Source of the DNA: a virus
Direction: 5' to 3' (one strand)
IMG/VR virus record: IMGVR_UViG_3300042296_000700
Coordinates: 1 to 64,000 of that record
Length of the DNA: 64,000 nt
Shown: piece by piece, positions 1-9,323 of the stretch
Layout of the letters: every line of letters starts with the position of its first letter
Position numbering within the stretch: the first letter of the stretch is position 1
Notes under the pieces: generated by a model
The model's input: only the letters and a program-made list of their open reading frames with translations
What the model was told of the DNA's origin: nothing
The model's database searches: none
Made by a program: the position numbers and the translations under genes

Positions 1-149
1 TCTATGAGTTGTTCTGGGGTGAGTTGTTTGGTGTTGTCTGTGGCTTTGTAGCGGGTTTCTCCGTCGGTGCCGATGACTTTTTCTACGAGTCCGTTGACGA
101 TGAGGAAGTTGAGGTCTTTTTCTAGTTCTTCTGGGTTGTTTAGGTTCAT
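1..149 (-). CDS. hypothetical protein, partial (runs off window edge)
   Basis: ATG at 149, open frame MNLNNPEELEKDLNFLIVNGLVEKVIG..., preceded by a sigma-70-like promoter. Confidence 0.5.
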   Translation of the reverse strand, partial: MNLNNPEELEKDLNFLIVNGLVEKVIGTDGETRYKATDNTKQLTPEQLI

Positions 150-157
150 GGTTGTTG

Positions 158-186
158 AGTTTATCGTGTCTAGTTGTGTTTGTCAA
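158..186 (-). promoter_or_regulatory. sigma-70-type promoter
   Basis: TTGACA-17 nt-TAAACT on the minus strand, just upstream of the ATG at 149. Confidence 0.6.
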
Positions 187-286
187 GGGTTTACTTGATG
201 GGTGGGGTTAAATATATTCAACGCTCTTGGTGCTGTTTAAATTTAACTAACTGGGGGCTGTTGTGTGTGATATTCTTTTCACAAAG

Positions 287-360
287 CCGAATGTGGCGCA
301 GTTTGGTAGCGCAGGGCGTTTGGGACGCCAAGGTCGGGAGTTCAAATCTCTCCATTCGGA
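287..360 (+). tRNA. tRNA-Pro (anticodon TGG)
   Basis: Cloverleaf: acceptor CCGAATG/CATTCGG+A73, D-arm GCGC-AGTTTGGTA-GCGC, anticodon loop TTTGGGA, T-arm GGGAG-TTCAAAT-CTCTC; CCA not encoded. Confidence 0.93.
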
Positions 361-362
361 CA

Positions 363-857
363 CTATGCGTGTCGTTGTAGTTTTAGTAGATATTCAACGA
401 GGTCATCCATATGACGGATGTCTTCTTTGTTGACTAGATAGAAGTCGTCTGTTAACTGTTGTTTACGGTCAAAAAATGTGCGCTTTTTCCATCGCGGTTG
501 TGATGAGACCCCGATGGCTACCATCGCTCCCGTTACTTTACTGACGAGTATGTATGCGCAGGGTTTGTGGAGTTTGTCTTCAAAACTACTTACTGTGTCT
601 ACGATTGTGTCGTCGTAGGGGAAGTCGTTGGGGTCGTCTGTGAATTCTCTGCTGCTTGATTTGACTTCCAGTATGTGTGTGAGTCCTTCTAGGACGATGT
701 CTTGTTCTGTGAGTGTTAGGTGTCGGCGTTCTGCTGTGTTTTTGGCTATTTGTAGTTCTGGCGCATGGCATTTGATTTCTCTGGTGCGTAGGTATTCGGC
801 TACGCGACGGTTGTAGGCGTGTCCGTCTGTGAAGGCTTGTATGTAGTCATATGCCAC
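363..857 (-). CDS. putative PD-(D/E)xK-family nuclease
   Basis: QDIVLEG...LEVKS resembles the D...ExK catalytic motif. Confidence 0.5.
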   Translation of the reverse strand: MAYDYIQAFTDGHAYNRRVAEYLRTREIKCHAPELQIAKNTAERRHLTLTEQDIVLEGLTHILEVKSSSREFTDDPNDFPYDDTIVDTVSSFEDKLHKPCAYILVSKVTGAMVAIGVSSQPRWKKRTFFDRKQQLTDDFYLVNKEDIRHMDDLVEYLLKLQRHA

Positions 858-859
858 GT

Positions 860-1141
860 TTATTTACTGTCTGGTTTGTAGAAAGAAATGTTTTTACCGT
901 ATTTGTATTTTTTTACATTGCTTAAATCCGTGGTGACTACTGGCGTGTTGTCGTATATGAGTTGTTCGTAATAGCATTCACCACATGTCCATTGTGGCTC
1001 TTTGATTAGACGTGGAAGAATCACGCATTTGTGCGGGTGTTTTTTGTATTCTTCCAGTTGCTGCCAGTATTGCGTAACAATTTTTAGGTGTAGGTCGCAA
1101 CAAAATACTGAGTCGCCGCTTGTTGTGAGTTCGTACCACAT
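860..1141 (-). CDS. hypothetical Cys-rich (Zn-finger-like) protein
   Basis: CCDLH and CGEC motifs; tightly packed with neighbouring genes. Confidence 0.45.
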   Translation of the reverse strand: MWYELTTSGDSVFCCDLHLKIVTQYWQQLEEYKKHPHKCVILPRLIKEPQWTCGECYYEQLIYDNTPVVTTDLSNVKKYKYGKNISFYKPDSK

Positions 1142-1142
1142 G

Positions 1143-1484
1143 TCAGATGAAGTGTTTTACGATTGCTGTTACTGCAAGGATTATCCATGCAACATTGAAC
1201 AGGATGATGGTCGGAAGGGTTTTTTTGGTGGATGTCCAGATGAGGCTGAGGCTTGATGCGACTGCGAAGATGTATAGCCACCAGATTTGTTTGCCGAACA
1301 GCAAGCCAGGGAAAATGATTACAATTTTGGTTGCGAATCCCCATGCTTCTACGGTGTTTACGCGGTTCCAGTATGACTTGGATGACATCGTTTTGACGGC
1401 ACCAATGATTTTGCTAAAAAATGTTGTTGCGACCGTTTCAATGTTTGGTTGTGTTGTGCCGTAACGCTTGATTGGTGTGTTCAT
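1143..1484 (-). CDS. small membrane protein
   Basis: Three hydrophobic segments; GGAGG RBS and ATGA overlap with the stop of the upstream CoA-transferase. Confidence 0.6.
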   Translation of the reverse strand: MNTPIKRYGTTQPNIETVATTFFSKIIGAVKTMSSKSYWNRVNTVEAWGFATKIVIIFPGLLFGKQIWWLYIFAVASSLSLIWTSTKKTLPTIILFNVAWIILAVTAIVKHFI

Positions 1485-2671
1485 CTTGTTATTTCCTCCG
1501 CTAGTGGTGCCCAATATCCTAGCGAGTCTAGTATTTCTCCTGTGTGTTCGCCATGCATCGGTGCGTGGCTACTTGTTGTGAGTGGTGTTTCTGAGAACAT
1601 TGGTGCTTGTCGTGCTTCTCTAATCATCAAGTTTGCGCTTGGGTGTGTTCGGTCAATGAAAACTGCGTTTGTTTTAATTTGTTCATTATTTGGCAGGTCT
1701 TTGACGTCAGCAAAAATTGCTGCTGGTAAACCGTTTATGATGGCTGCTTGTACTTCTGCGACTGTCAGTTGTTTTGCGGCTTCATCTGTGATTTCAATGA
1801 GTGCTGGGGCGTTGTTGAATCGTGCCCCGATTGAACTAAAGCGTTCGTCTTCAAGGATTTCTGGAATGCATAATGTTCGTGCCCATATTTCAAACTCTTC
1901 GTCTGATGCTGGGGTCACTGCGCAGTATCCATCTTTGAGTGTGATGGTGCGGTAGTACTTATCTATTGTTGGTGAACGGTTGGTGTCTTCGTCTAGGAGT
2001 GCTGCGTCCATTCCGAGGTCTTGCCACATGAAGTGGGCTGCGACATCAAGCATGGATATGGAAATGTACTGTCCGCCGCACAGCCCGCGCTCTCGTGCGA
2101 ATAGTGCACCGAGCACTGATTGGGCTACGACGTGTGCTGTAACTTTGTCGCATACGAGTTGATGTACTACTTCTGGCGGGTCGTTTTGTGCGTTGCCCAT
2201 ACCAGTCATTGCTTGAATCATGTTGTCGTACGCTTTATTGTTTTTGAGCGGTCCGAAGTTTCCAAATCCTAAAACGTGGACGTAGATGAGGTTTGGGAAT
2301 TTTTCTTTGATTTGGTCGTATCCGAACCCGAGTGATTCCATTACGTCTGGGCGAAAGTTGTGTATGAGTACGTCTGCTGCGCATATTAATTTTTCTACTA
2401 CTTCGCGACCTTTGACGCCTTTGGCGTTTACCGCTATTCCTTTTTTGCCTCTGTTGTTGAGTGCAAAGATGCCTGACATGCCGTTTTTGTTTGAGCCAAC
2501 GAACCGCATGAGGTCACATGAGTCTTTGGGTTCTATTTTGATTACTTCGGCACCGTAGTCAGCGAGGAGGCTTGCACCTAGCGGACCAGCAATCATTGTT
2601 GACATGTCAACTATTTTTATCCCCATGAGTGGTGGATATTTTATTACTATATTATGCAAAGTATGGTCCAT
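1481..2671 (-). CDS. CoA-transferase family III (CaiB/BaiF)
   Basis: PL.GIKIVDMS.MIAGP, LADYGAEVIKIE, NRGKKGI, ADVLIHNFRP, and AYD carrying the catalytic Asp; start uncertain (2626-2734). Confidence 0.92.
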   Translation of the reverse strand: MDHTLHNIVIKYPPLMGIKIVDMSTMIAGPLGASLLADYGAEVIKIEPKDSCDLMRFVGSNKNGMSGIFALNNRGKKGIAVNAKGVKGREVVEKLICAADVLIHNFRPDVMESLGFGYDQIKEKFPNLIYVHVLGFGNFGPLKNNKAYDNMIQAMTGMGNAQNDPPEVVHQLVCDKVTAHVVAQSVLGALFARERGLCGGQYISISMLDVAAHFMWQDLGMDAALLDEDTNRSPTIDKYYRTITLKDGYCAVTPASDEEFEIWARTLCIPEILEDERFSSIGARFNNAPALIEITDEAAKQLTVAEVQAAIINGLPAAIFADVKDLPNNEQIKTNAVFIDRTHPSANLMIREARQAPMFSETPLTTSSHAPMHGEHTGEILDSLGYWAPLAEEITR

Positions 2672-2933
2672 CAACATCAAAGACAATGATTGGTGTTTGC
2701 TCGCCAATGTATGCACCGATGCAGTTGAACTCAATGTATTCTTCTGCGTCGTCGTAATTCATTCCGTCACGAAACATTAGAGTGTCTATCATTTTTTTGT
2801 GTGAGTAAACAGCGAGTGTCGGCTGGTTCATTGGGCGTGTGAATCCGATGAATGCTTCATCAAATCCGTCCATTAATAGGATTGATTCGTCCATTGCTTT
2901 GAATGCCGAATCTATTTGTTCGCGTGTAGGCAT
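2652..2933 (-). CDS. conserved phage hypothetical protein
   Basis: DGFDEAFIG...AVYS...EYIEFNC.GAY.GE.TPI pattern, typical of a recurrent aquatic-phage small protein. Confidence 0.7.
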   Translation of the reverse strand: MPTREQIDSAFKAMDESILLMDGFDEAFIGFTRPMNQPTLAVYSHKKMIDTLMFRDGMNYDDAEEYIEFNCIGAYIGEQTPIIVFDVDGPYFA

Positions 2934-2941
2934 AGTTTCTC

Positions 2942-3745
2942 CTATGGTGTGTGTTGTTCAATAAAGTCAATAAGTTTTTCGGCTGTTGTTTCACCAGCGA
3001 CCGCTGTGTCGCTTCGTAGCCAGCGTAAGAAGTCGTACCATTTGCGTTGTTGTGCCGCATCGTCAAACACGAGTGTGTATTGAACGATTGATTTACTGTT
3101 CCCGCCTGCGCCTACTGCACCTGAACCTTGGGTGATTGCTGTTTTGATGTCTGTGCCTTGCGCGGCGTTGATTGTTACGTCACCGTTTTCTTCCCGTGTC
3201 GTAACAATGTTTTGTGGCGAGTTGTACGAGGGGAGAGATGTTGTTGATTCTGCTATTTCGTCTATGTCTCGCAGTATTGGTTGTTCGTAGACGCCTGGTG
3301 TTGCAAGTTCGCCGCGTTCCATATCTAGGTCAAGCATTGCGAGTTCAAATTCGTCCCAGCCGAGGTCTTCTAGAAGGTCGCCGTAGTCTTCAATAATGTA
3401 TTCCATTGCTGCGTGAAGCAGATTGTCGTCTGTGTGCCCTAGTTCGTTCGTGCGGTTGTCTGCTAGTGCGAATGCCATTGCGCGCGAATCGTCTGCGTCC
3501 ATTTCCACGACAGCGATGTGTGTCCATCCGAGGCGACGTGCTGCTTCTAGTTGGTGGTTGCCTGCAATAACTGTTGCTGTTCCATCTGAGTTTGGTCGTA
3601 CAACGATTGGTCGTACTTGCCCAAATTCGGAGTATGACGCTGCAATAGAGTCAATGTTTCCTATTCTTGGGTTGCCTTGTAGGTGAACTAAATCATCTAG
3701 TGGGCGGGCTAAGGATACGATTGATTCATGAATCTTGTGGTTCAT
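2942..3745 (-). CDS. ParB/sulfiredoxin N-terminal domain protein
   Basis: NPR.G, FGQVRPIVV, VIAGNHQLEAA..LGW, ALADNRT motifs. Confidence 0.88.
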   Translation of the reverse strand: MNHKIHESIVSLARPLDDLVHLQGNPRIGNIDSIAASYSEFGQVRPIVVRPNSDGTATVIAGNHQLEAARRLGWTHIAVVEMDADDSRAMAFALADNRTNELGHTDDNLLHAAMEYIIEDYGDLLEDLGWDEFELAMLDLDMERGELATPGVYEQPILRDIDEIAESTTSLPSYNSPQNIVTTREENGDVTINAAQGTDIKTAITQGSGAVGAGGNSKSIVQYTLVFDDAAQQRKWYDFLRWLRSDTAVAGETTAEKLIDFIEQHTP

Positions 3746-3754
3746 TTTTCCTGC

Positions 3755-4096
3755 TTACATTGATACTTGTGTACGTACGTTTGCGTTGAGCGTGCGTAGT
3801 GCGTCAATTGACGTTCTTAAAGATGTTAATTTTTCACGCTTAGATTTAACTAATGCTTCAGCGATTTTGTAGTCGTATGATTCGTCTGAAAGTTTGTAAT
3901 CCGACCATGCTTCGCGCTCGCGAATTGAGCCTTTCGCTGAAAGATACTCTTTTGCCCAATTGGATTTGTATAAAGCCTCGTTTTTAGCGCAGTCCACTGC
4001 CAAAGTTTCAAATGCTTCGGTTTCTTCCTCAAGCATGTCCATGAGGCGAACCAGTTCATTCTCAATATCAACTTGGCTAATAGGTTTACTACGCAC
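3755..4096 (-). CDS. coiled-coil hypothetical protein
   Basis: Helical ORF ending LRTLNANVR, coupled to the RuvC-like gene. Confidence 0.6.
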   Translation of the reverse strand: MRSKPISQVDIENELVRLMDMLEEETEAFETLAVDCAKNEALYKSNWAKEYLSAKGSIREREAWSDYKLSDESYDYKIAEALVKSKREKLTSLRTSIDALRTLNANVRTQVSM

Positions 4097-4628
4097 GGTT
4101 CTCCTTATTGTTGTGTAGGGATACTAGCGGTTCCCAGTCTATTTTGTCAAGGGCTGATAATTGTGTGGCAGACCATTCGTATTCAGAAACACCAATGACG
4201 GTTCTGCACATCTCTTCCAGAATCCATGCGTCGCACATGTCGTCTGCGCCCTTGCCCGCAAAAATCATTCCAGTTTTAGCAGAGATTGATGACATCACTT
4301 CTGTTTTTGCTGCGTTCCCTCTGCCTGTAGCAAACTTTGCGCGACAAGTTGGCGGTATGTCAACGAACGGGATATTGCGCTCCCATAAGCGTGTGCGCAC
4401 TACTCCTCCGAGTTCACCAATGCTGAATGCTTGGCTATTGCGTGAAGCAAAAGAGTAACCTTCAATAGCGACAATTTCTATACTGTTATCAATTACTGCA
4501 TCCAATATTGCAAGTGAAATAATTGATAGGCGTTCTGCACCTTTTGCTTGTGTGGTGATTGTTCCAGTTTCGCCATTTACGGATATTCCAGTAGATGTTA
4601 AGGACAGGTCAATTCCAAGAATGTTCAT
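4089..4628 (-). CDS. RuvC-like Holliday junction resolvase
   Basis: ILGIDLSLTSTG, VAIEGY, KFATGRGNA.K, DD.CDA. Confidence 0.9.
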   Translation of the reverse strand: MNILGIDLSLTSTGISVNGETGTITTQAKGAERLSIISLAILDAVIDNSIEIVAIEGYSFASRNSQAFSIGELGGVVRTRLWERNIPFVDIPPTCRAKFATGRGNAAKTEVMSSISAKTGMIFAGKGADDMCDAWILEEMCRTVIGVSEYEWSATQLSALDKIDWEPLVSLHNNKENRA

Positions 4629-4674
4629 ACATGAAATCTAACACTTCTATTCGTATCGCGGTAGTGAAGTGAAG

Positions 4675-4974
4675 TTACTCCCACGAATGTTTAGCAAGAC
4701 CAAGGTCAAATGCTAACTGTGGGTTATTTCCTATGCGCGCGTGGCATGGTCTGCAGACGCACATAAGGTTCTCTTCATCCAAAATAGAACCACCCTGTGA
4801 GCGCCGAATCAACTCGTGAACATCTACGGATGCGTTTCTGCGATATGTTGTTTTCTCATCGTGCACAGCAAATACTGTGCATGCTTCACACAATGGGCGT
4901 TCTTCAAGGAGGCGTGCAACTAGCGGGCGACGCAGACGATATTCAGCCTCTTTTTTAGGAGAGCGGTAACGCAT
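4675..4974 (-). CDS. HNH endonuclease
   Basis: CEAC...DVHELIRRSQGG...NLMCVCRPCH. Confidence 0.85.
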   Translation of the reverse strand: MRYRSPKKEAEYRLRRPLVARLLEERPLCEACTVFAVHDEKTTYRRNASVDVHELIRRSQGGSILDEENLMCVCRPCHARIGNNPQLAFDLGLAKHSWE

Positions 4975-4976
4975 CG

Positions 4977-5339
4977 TTATTGAGTATTGCTACGGCGATA
5001 CGACTTTGCTTTTTCGGTAAAATCTTTGTAACCACACTTGAGACATGTTTTTCCCCAAGGGTAAAATCTGGTCATTTCAACTGGGTGCTGGCAATCAAGC
5101 GTTTCGTTTGCGGCAGCGTTACAGCATTCGCGCACAAATTCCGACATTGAGACGCCGTTCTTTTCTGCTGCGTCTTTCCATCGTTGATGGTCTGCCTCGC
5201 TGGCACGGACGAGCACTTGCTTCGCTGCGGGTTCACCTTGCTTTGACCCAGTATTTGTTGACCGAGTTAAATCAAGGGTTTCTGCCACTTTTTCCATTGC
5301 TGCTTCAACATTGTCAATTTCTTCTTTACTCATTTTCAA
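4977..5339 (-). CDS. ribbon-helix-helix DNA-binding protein with C-terminal Cys motif
   Basis: VLVRASEADHQRWKDAAEKNGVSMSEFVR (RHH-like), then CQH...CLKC. Confidence 0.6.
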   Translation of the reverse strand: MKMSKEEIDNVEAAMEKVAETLDLTRSTNTGSKQGEPAAKQVLVRASEADHQRWKDAAEKNGVSMSEFVRECCNAAANETLDCQHPVEMTRFYPWGKTCLKCGYKDFTEKAKSYRRSNTQ

Positions 5340-5967
5340 TTACCTCCGCATCAATGGGCATATCATCGTCTTCCGCCGCTTGTAGCATACGCTGATTTTG
5401 CGTAGTTCTACCCAACAACTGATTTATTGTATCCTCAGGAAGAACTCCTGAATCGCCCATGATTTGAAGCAATTTCTTTACCTCTTCCTCTGGGTTGAAA
5501 GCATTGAGTGCTGCTGGGCGTTCTACCCCAGCAAGCGATGCTCGCACAGGGTTTGTTCCGCCAGATATATCCATCTGGATGTTGACGTTGTTCTGTTCCA
5601 TGCCAAGTAATTTTGAGCGCCTATCCATAATGGACAGAGCGGTTTGAACCGCTTTCATGTCAGGTTCAACAGCAACTTCTGTCCCATCATCCATTTTCAC
5701 GCGACGGTGTTGTGTGAGTGGCCAGATTGCGGATTGCAAAGCGTCTAGTCTTTCAAGTTCCATGCGAAGGACTTCAGGGTAAGCCATAAGGGCTTCGCTG
5801 TTCATCTTTTGCAATTGACGGCGAATTGCGTTCCCTACAGCGGAAGGCGTCATGTTGAAGCGACGTGCTATTTCCGCTTGCTGGATACCGCTTTGGCGCA
5901 TCTTAAAGATACGTAAATCGCGCTCGGCTAAAAATTCTTTATTTAGCCCCTGTTGTGAGGTGTTCAT
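5326..5967 (-). CDS. HTH protein, possible terminase small subunit
   Basis: N-terminal HTH (MRQSG...EIARRF..TPSAV); ELERLDALQ..IW and IMDRRSKLLG resemble actinophage TerS-like HTH proteins. Confidence 0.55.
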   Translation of the reverse strand: MNTSQQGLNKEFLAERDLRIFKMRQSGIQQAEIARRFNMTPSAVGNAIRRQLQKMNSEALMAYPEVLRMELERLDALQSAIWPLTQHRRVKMDDGTEVAVEPDMKAVQTALSIMDRRSKLLGMEQNNVNIQMDISGGTNPVRASLAGVERPAALNAFNPEEEVKKLLQIMGDSGVLPEDTINQLLGRTTQNQRMLQAAEDDDMPIDAEVIENE

Positions 5968-7748
5968 CAGTCAACTTTCATAAATTCCAACACTTCAAAA
6001 GGAAAAATTTTTCCTCTTTTCATCTTGGTTGGGAATTGTCTTAAATCACGAGCACCACGAAAGTGCTTTACGTCGTATACGTAACCTTCCGTTGAAGTCG
6101 GGTCTGGTGTCAATGATAGACCAAATTCTGGCCAGCGTGACCATACAGCAGAACCAAATGGGCGCAAATCCCGACCACCAATAGATGAACCGAGGGGAGC
6201 GTGGTGTTCTAGCCACATAGCGCATCCGTAAACTTCGCGGATTGTGTCCAAATATTTGGCTACTTCAATAGCGATACTTTCGCTAGTTCGTCCGCCGGGG
6301 TCAACGAAAGATTTGTAAAGCGGACCCATGATGAGCAATTGTGGCTTAGTTTTTTCAATTGCTTCTTCCAGAATTGCTCTGTCTGACTGCTTCAATAGGT
6401 CAAGACCTGCTGGTTTGATAAGTAGATGTGCTTCAGTTTTGCGCGTGTGCCCGTAGTGGAGGGCGGCGCTCATAATGTTTTTTGATGTACGACGAATAAT
6501 TCGCTCAGGGTTTTCAAGGTCAACTGTCAAGGTACGAATAGGGGTCATTTTTGACATTGTGAAGGGATGTAGACCTGCTGATGCACATAATCCAACCTGT
6601 CTTGCCAGCATTGTTTTACCAACACCTTCCGCTGCTACGACAATGACGCGCTCACCTTTTTCAATAAGTTGAGGAATGACCCAGTCGTAACTATCGTTTT
6701 CAACTTCATCTAGAAAATCCTGCCAAACAACAAGTCGTCCTTTGTCGCTAATTTCTTGACGGTTCGTGGAGTTGAGTAGCAGCGATGCGCGGTTTAGTTT
6801 TTGTTCTAACGAGATGTCGTCTCGGGAAAAGATTGATTCCATTCCGCGCAATATCTCAGAAGCAGATTCGTCTTTGACTTCTAAAGAAATTTGTTCTTGT
6901 TGTGGATGTTCTGCAAGTTCTGGCTGTGCTGGTTCGTCAAACTCAAGTAGGTCATCTACACCTAACCCAGCCTCCAACATGTCGCTTACGTCTTTGTGAC
7001 CGTGGGGCGGAATGAATGAGGCGACCGTGCATCCTGCTGCCTCAAGTTGGGCGCTAACTAAGGCAACGTGTTCTTTGCCTACATCGTCTCTGTCTGAAAT
7101 TATGAATACGTTCGCGCCTGCGAGGGCTTCTGTGTGAATGTCTTGCCATTTGCCTGCACCGTTTGGCGGTGTGGTTGCGCAGAGACCAAGAGCAACAAGG
7201 TTATCTGCATCTTTTTCTCCCTCTACGAGCCATATGATTTCGCCTTTTTGTTTGGCGACTAAAATCTCTGGGAGCCTGTATAGAACTTTTGGAATTTCCC
7301 CGAGGTTGAATATCCATTCACCAGTATCTGGATTGGGTCTGCGTTGTCGGAAAGTTTTTCTACCTTCCTCGTTTACGAGACGCTGCTTTTGGAATAATAA
7401 TGTTCCGTCTGCATCACGATAATTGTATGTCGCAATGAGTGTTAACTTTTCCCGTTTAGGTTTTTCAACCTGTGTTGACTTTGGGAACAGTGAACTTTTC
7501 TGTACGTTCATTGCTTCACAAATTTCATCAACTGAACATCCACTGCCACGGTGGCAAGTTATCAGTACTCGTCCATCGGTTCCTTGACCGATTGAAAGTG
7601 ACGGGTTTGAGTCGTCGTTACGACATGGGCAACGAGCAGACCAGTTAGAACCGTTGTCGCGCACACCGTTTAGGCGTGCCAAAAATGATTCTACTTCTGG
7701 TGATGCTGAACGGTTACTCACGGACAAATGCGTCCGTTCACTGTCCAT
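5967..7748 (-). CDS. DNA primase-helicase (Zn finger + TOPRIM + RepA-like AAA helicase)
   Basis: ARCPC..D..PSLS, LVEGEKDAD, DRDDVG, Walker A AAEGVGKT, DLENP, FGSAVW. Confidence 0.9.
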   Translation of the reverse strand: MDSERTHLSVSNRSASPEVESFLARLNGVRDNGSNWSARCPCRNDDSNPSLSIGQGTDGRVLITCHRGSGCSVDEICEAMNVQKSSLFPKSTQVEKPKREKLTLIATYNYRDADGTLLFQKQRLVNEEGRKTFRQRRPNPDTGEWIFNLGEIPKVLYRLPEILVAKQKGEIIWLVEGEKDADNLVALGLCATTPPNGAGKWQDIHTEALAGANVFIISDRDDVGKEHVALVSAQLEAAGCTVASFIPPHGHKDVSDMLEAGLGVDDLLEFDEPAQPELAEHPQQEQISLEVKDESASEILRGMESIFSRDDISLEQKLNRASLLLNSTNRQEISDKGRLVVWQDFLDEVENDSYDWVIPQLIEKGERVIVVAAEGVGKTMLARQVGLCASAGLHPFTMSKMTPIRTLTVDLENPERIIRRTSKNIMSAALHYGHTRKTEAHLLIKPAGLDLLKQSDRAILEEAIEKTKPQLLIMGPLYKSFVDPGGRTSESIAIEVAKYLDTIREVYGCAMWLEHHAPLGSSIGGRDLRPFGSAVWSRWPEFGLSLTPDPTSTEGYVYDVKHFRGARDLRQFPTKMKRGKIFPFEVLEFMKVD

Positions 7749-8410
7749 GCTTTGTATGTCTCGGGCATAACTTCTTGAAACATTTTTTCTGCCGCGACTG
7801 CATATTCCCGAATTTCCTCTTGTGCTGTAGGGCTGGTTCGTAATTCAAGAAAGTTCATTAGTGAGCGAGCGTTTACAGTCCAGTAGAACTCGGTGTAGAT
7901 GTTAACTGGTAGGACAAGACGAGCCTGTTCTTTTGCAACACCCAACTGGATGAGATATAGATACGTGGAGTATGCGCGAGAGTTGGCTTCTGTGATTGCG
8001 AGTTGTGCTGCTTTGGCGTCTCTTTCGCGTGTTTCAAAGATTGGTGTGTATTCATAGTTCCCTTGTTTGCCAGTTTGCTGACGTATTGATTCCGCATTTG
8101 GCGTATAGAACGTGTTTGGCATTTCTGTGTATCTTGCCGAGAATTCGTTGAATGAGCCAATGCGGTGTCTAAACCATTCCCTTGCAACAAAGATTGGGCA
8201 TTTGACGTGGAAGCGAAATGAGTTGTGTTCAAACGGTGTCCCATGCTTGTAGCGCATCAGATAATTGATTAGCCCGATATCTTTATCGCGCATTTCTTGT
8301 GTGTCCTGTCCGAACGATACACGGGCGGAGTTGACAACGCTTAGGTCGTCTGCCATATATCCATCTAGGCGGATGAAACCACCATGAATATCAAAGTACT
8401 CATTCTGCAT
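7718..8410 (-). CDS. thyX: FAD-dependent thymidylate synthase
   Basis: HGTPFEH, REWFRHR..SFNE.SARY, EQARLVLP, NARSLMNFL.LR...AQ.EIR. Confidence 0.97.
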   Translation of the reverse strand: MQNEYFDIHGGFIRLDGYMADDLSVVNSARVSFGQDTQEMRDKDIGLINYLMRYKHGTPFEHNSFRFHVKCPIFVAREWFRHRIGSFNEFSARYTEMPNTFYTPNAESIRQQTGKQGNYEYTPIFETRERDAKAAQLAITEANSRAYSTYLYLIQLGVAKEQARLVLPVNIYTEFYWTVNARSLMNFLELRTSPTAQEEIREYAVAAEKMFQEVMPETYKAWTVNGRICP

Positions 8411-8720
8411 TTGCTTCTTCTTTCTTCATTCGTCGGCGTATTCGTCGTGTTGAATTGCTTTGACTTGAGGTCGCTTCTGGGGTGAGCGTGATGCCACATT
8501 TGCGTCTATAAATTTCGCGCTCTACTTCTTTCATTCCGCCCCATACGCCGTGTGTTTCGTTTCGTAATGCGTAATCCAAACATTGTTTGACAAGTTGACA
8601 TGACTTACATATGTCTATTGCTTTTGAAACATTGACTTTGGTCTCTCTGTTGTTTATTTCAGGGAACCACCAATGTGTTGGGAAGCCTTTGCAGGCACCT
8701 TGCGGTGTTGTCGTTTCCAA
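8400..8720 (-). CDS. whiB: WhiB-family Fe-S transcription factor
   Basis: C...WWFP...ICKSCQLVKQCLDYAL...GVWGG. Confidence 0.93.
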   Translation of the reverse strand: METTTPQGACKGFPTHWWFPEINNRETKVNVSKAIDICKSCQLVKQCLDYALRNETHGVWGGMKEVEREIYRRKCGITLTPEATSSQSNSTRRIRRRMKKEEANAE

Positions 8721-8787
8721 TTTGCCCCCTCGTCGTTTGTGTCTCGCACGATACTACCAACGAGGTGTGTCAATATTCAAATTGAAA

Positions 8788-9261
8788 TTATTTTTGTGCT
8801 TTTCTATCTGCTTGAGCATCACGTAGTTCGTACAGTCCTCGTTTGATTTTACGAAAAATGTCTGGGCGCGATTCAATAACTTTCAGTGCAGTAGAGTGCG
8901 ACACGCTTCCGATTTCTGCAATTTGCGCTGGCGTCACTTGCTCAAATATATGCTCATCAACATAGTTGAAAATCGCAGAGTATTTGTCGCTTCGTTTTTG
9001 TTTGCGCTCTGGTGCTGAGGTTGCTTTGTCCTCACCGATAAAGAGTGCTGCTACGCGCTTGTCAATTGAGTAGTGGCGAACCACTTCGGTCAGAGTCCAA
9101 GTGGATTGCGTATCCACACAGTAGTGGAATCTGGCTTCTTCGCTAACAAGGAAGGACAGTTCTTTCGGGATGTTAGATGCATTGCCGTATTCTTCAATGA
9201 GTGCTGTCATTGCCTCTTTGTATTGAATATTGGCTTCGGAGATGGGTAGCGGTGTTTTCAT
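8788..9261 (-). CDS. hypothetical protein with possible C-terminal winged HTH
   Basis: VTPAQIAEIGSVSHSTALK...FRKIKRGLY; has its own promoter. Confidence 0.55.
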   Translation of the reverse strand: MKTPLPISEANIQYKEAMTALIEEYGNASNIPKELSFLVSEEARFHYCVDTQSTWTLTEVVRHYSIDKRVAALFIGEDKATSAPERKQKRSDKYSAIFNYVDEHIFEQVTPAQIAEIGSVSHSTALKVIESRPDIFRKIKRGLYELRDAQADRKAQK

Positions 9262-9294
9262 AAATCCTTCTAGGTTTAGTAATAGTCTGTTGAC

Positions 9295-9323
9295 AGCCTA
9301 TCATCCTTTTGTTCATATGTCAA
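9295..9323 (-). promoter_or_regulatory. sigma-70-type promoter
   Basis: TTGACA-17 nt-TAGGCT with an extended -10 TG. Confidence 0.6.

Noticed and set aside
287-360. tRNA as a prophage attachment site or host boundary
   Set aside because: Phage-like genes lie on both sides, and no integrase or duplicated tRNA 3' end is in the window
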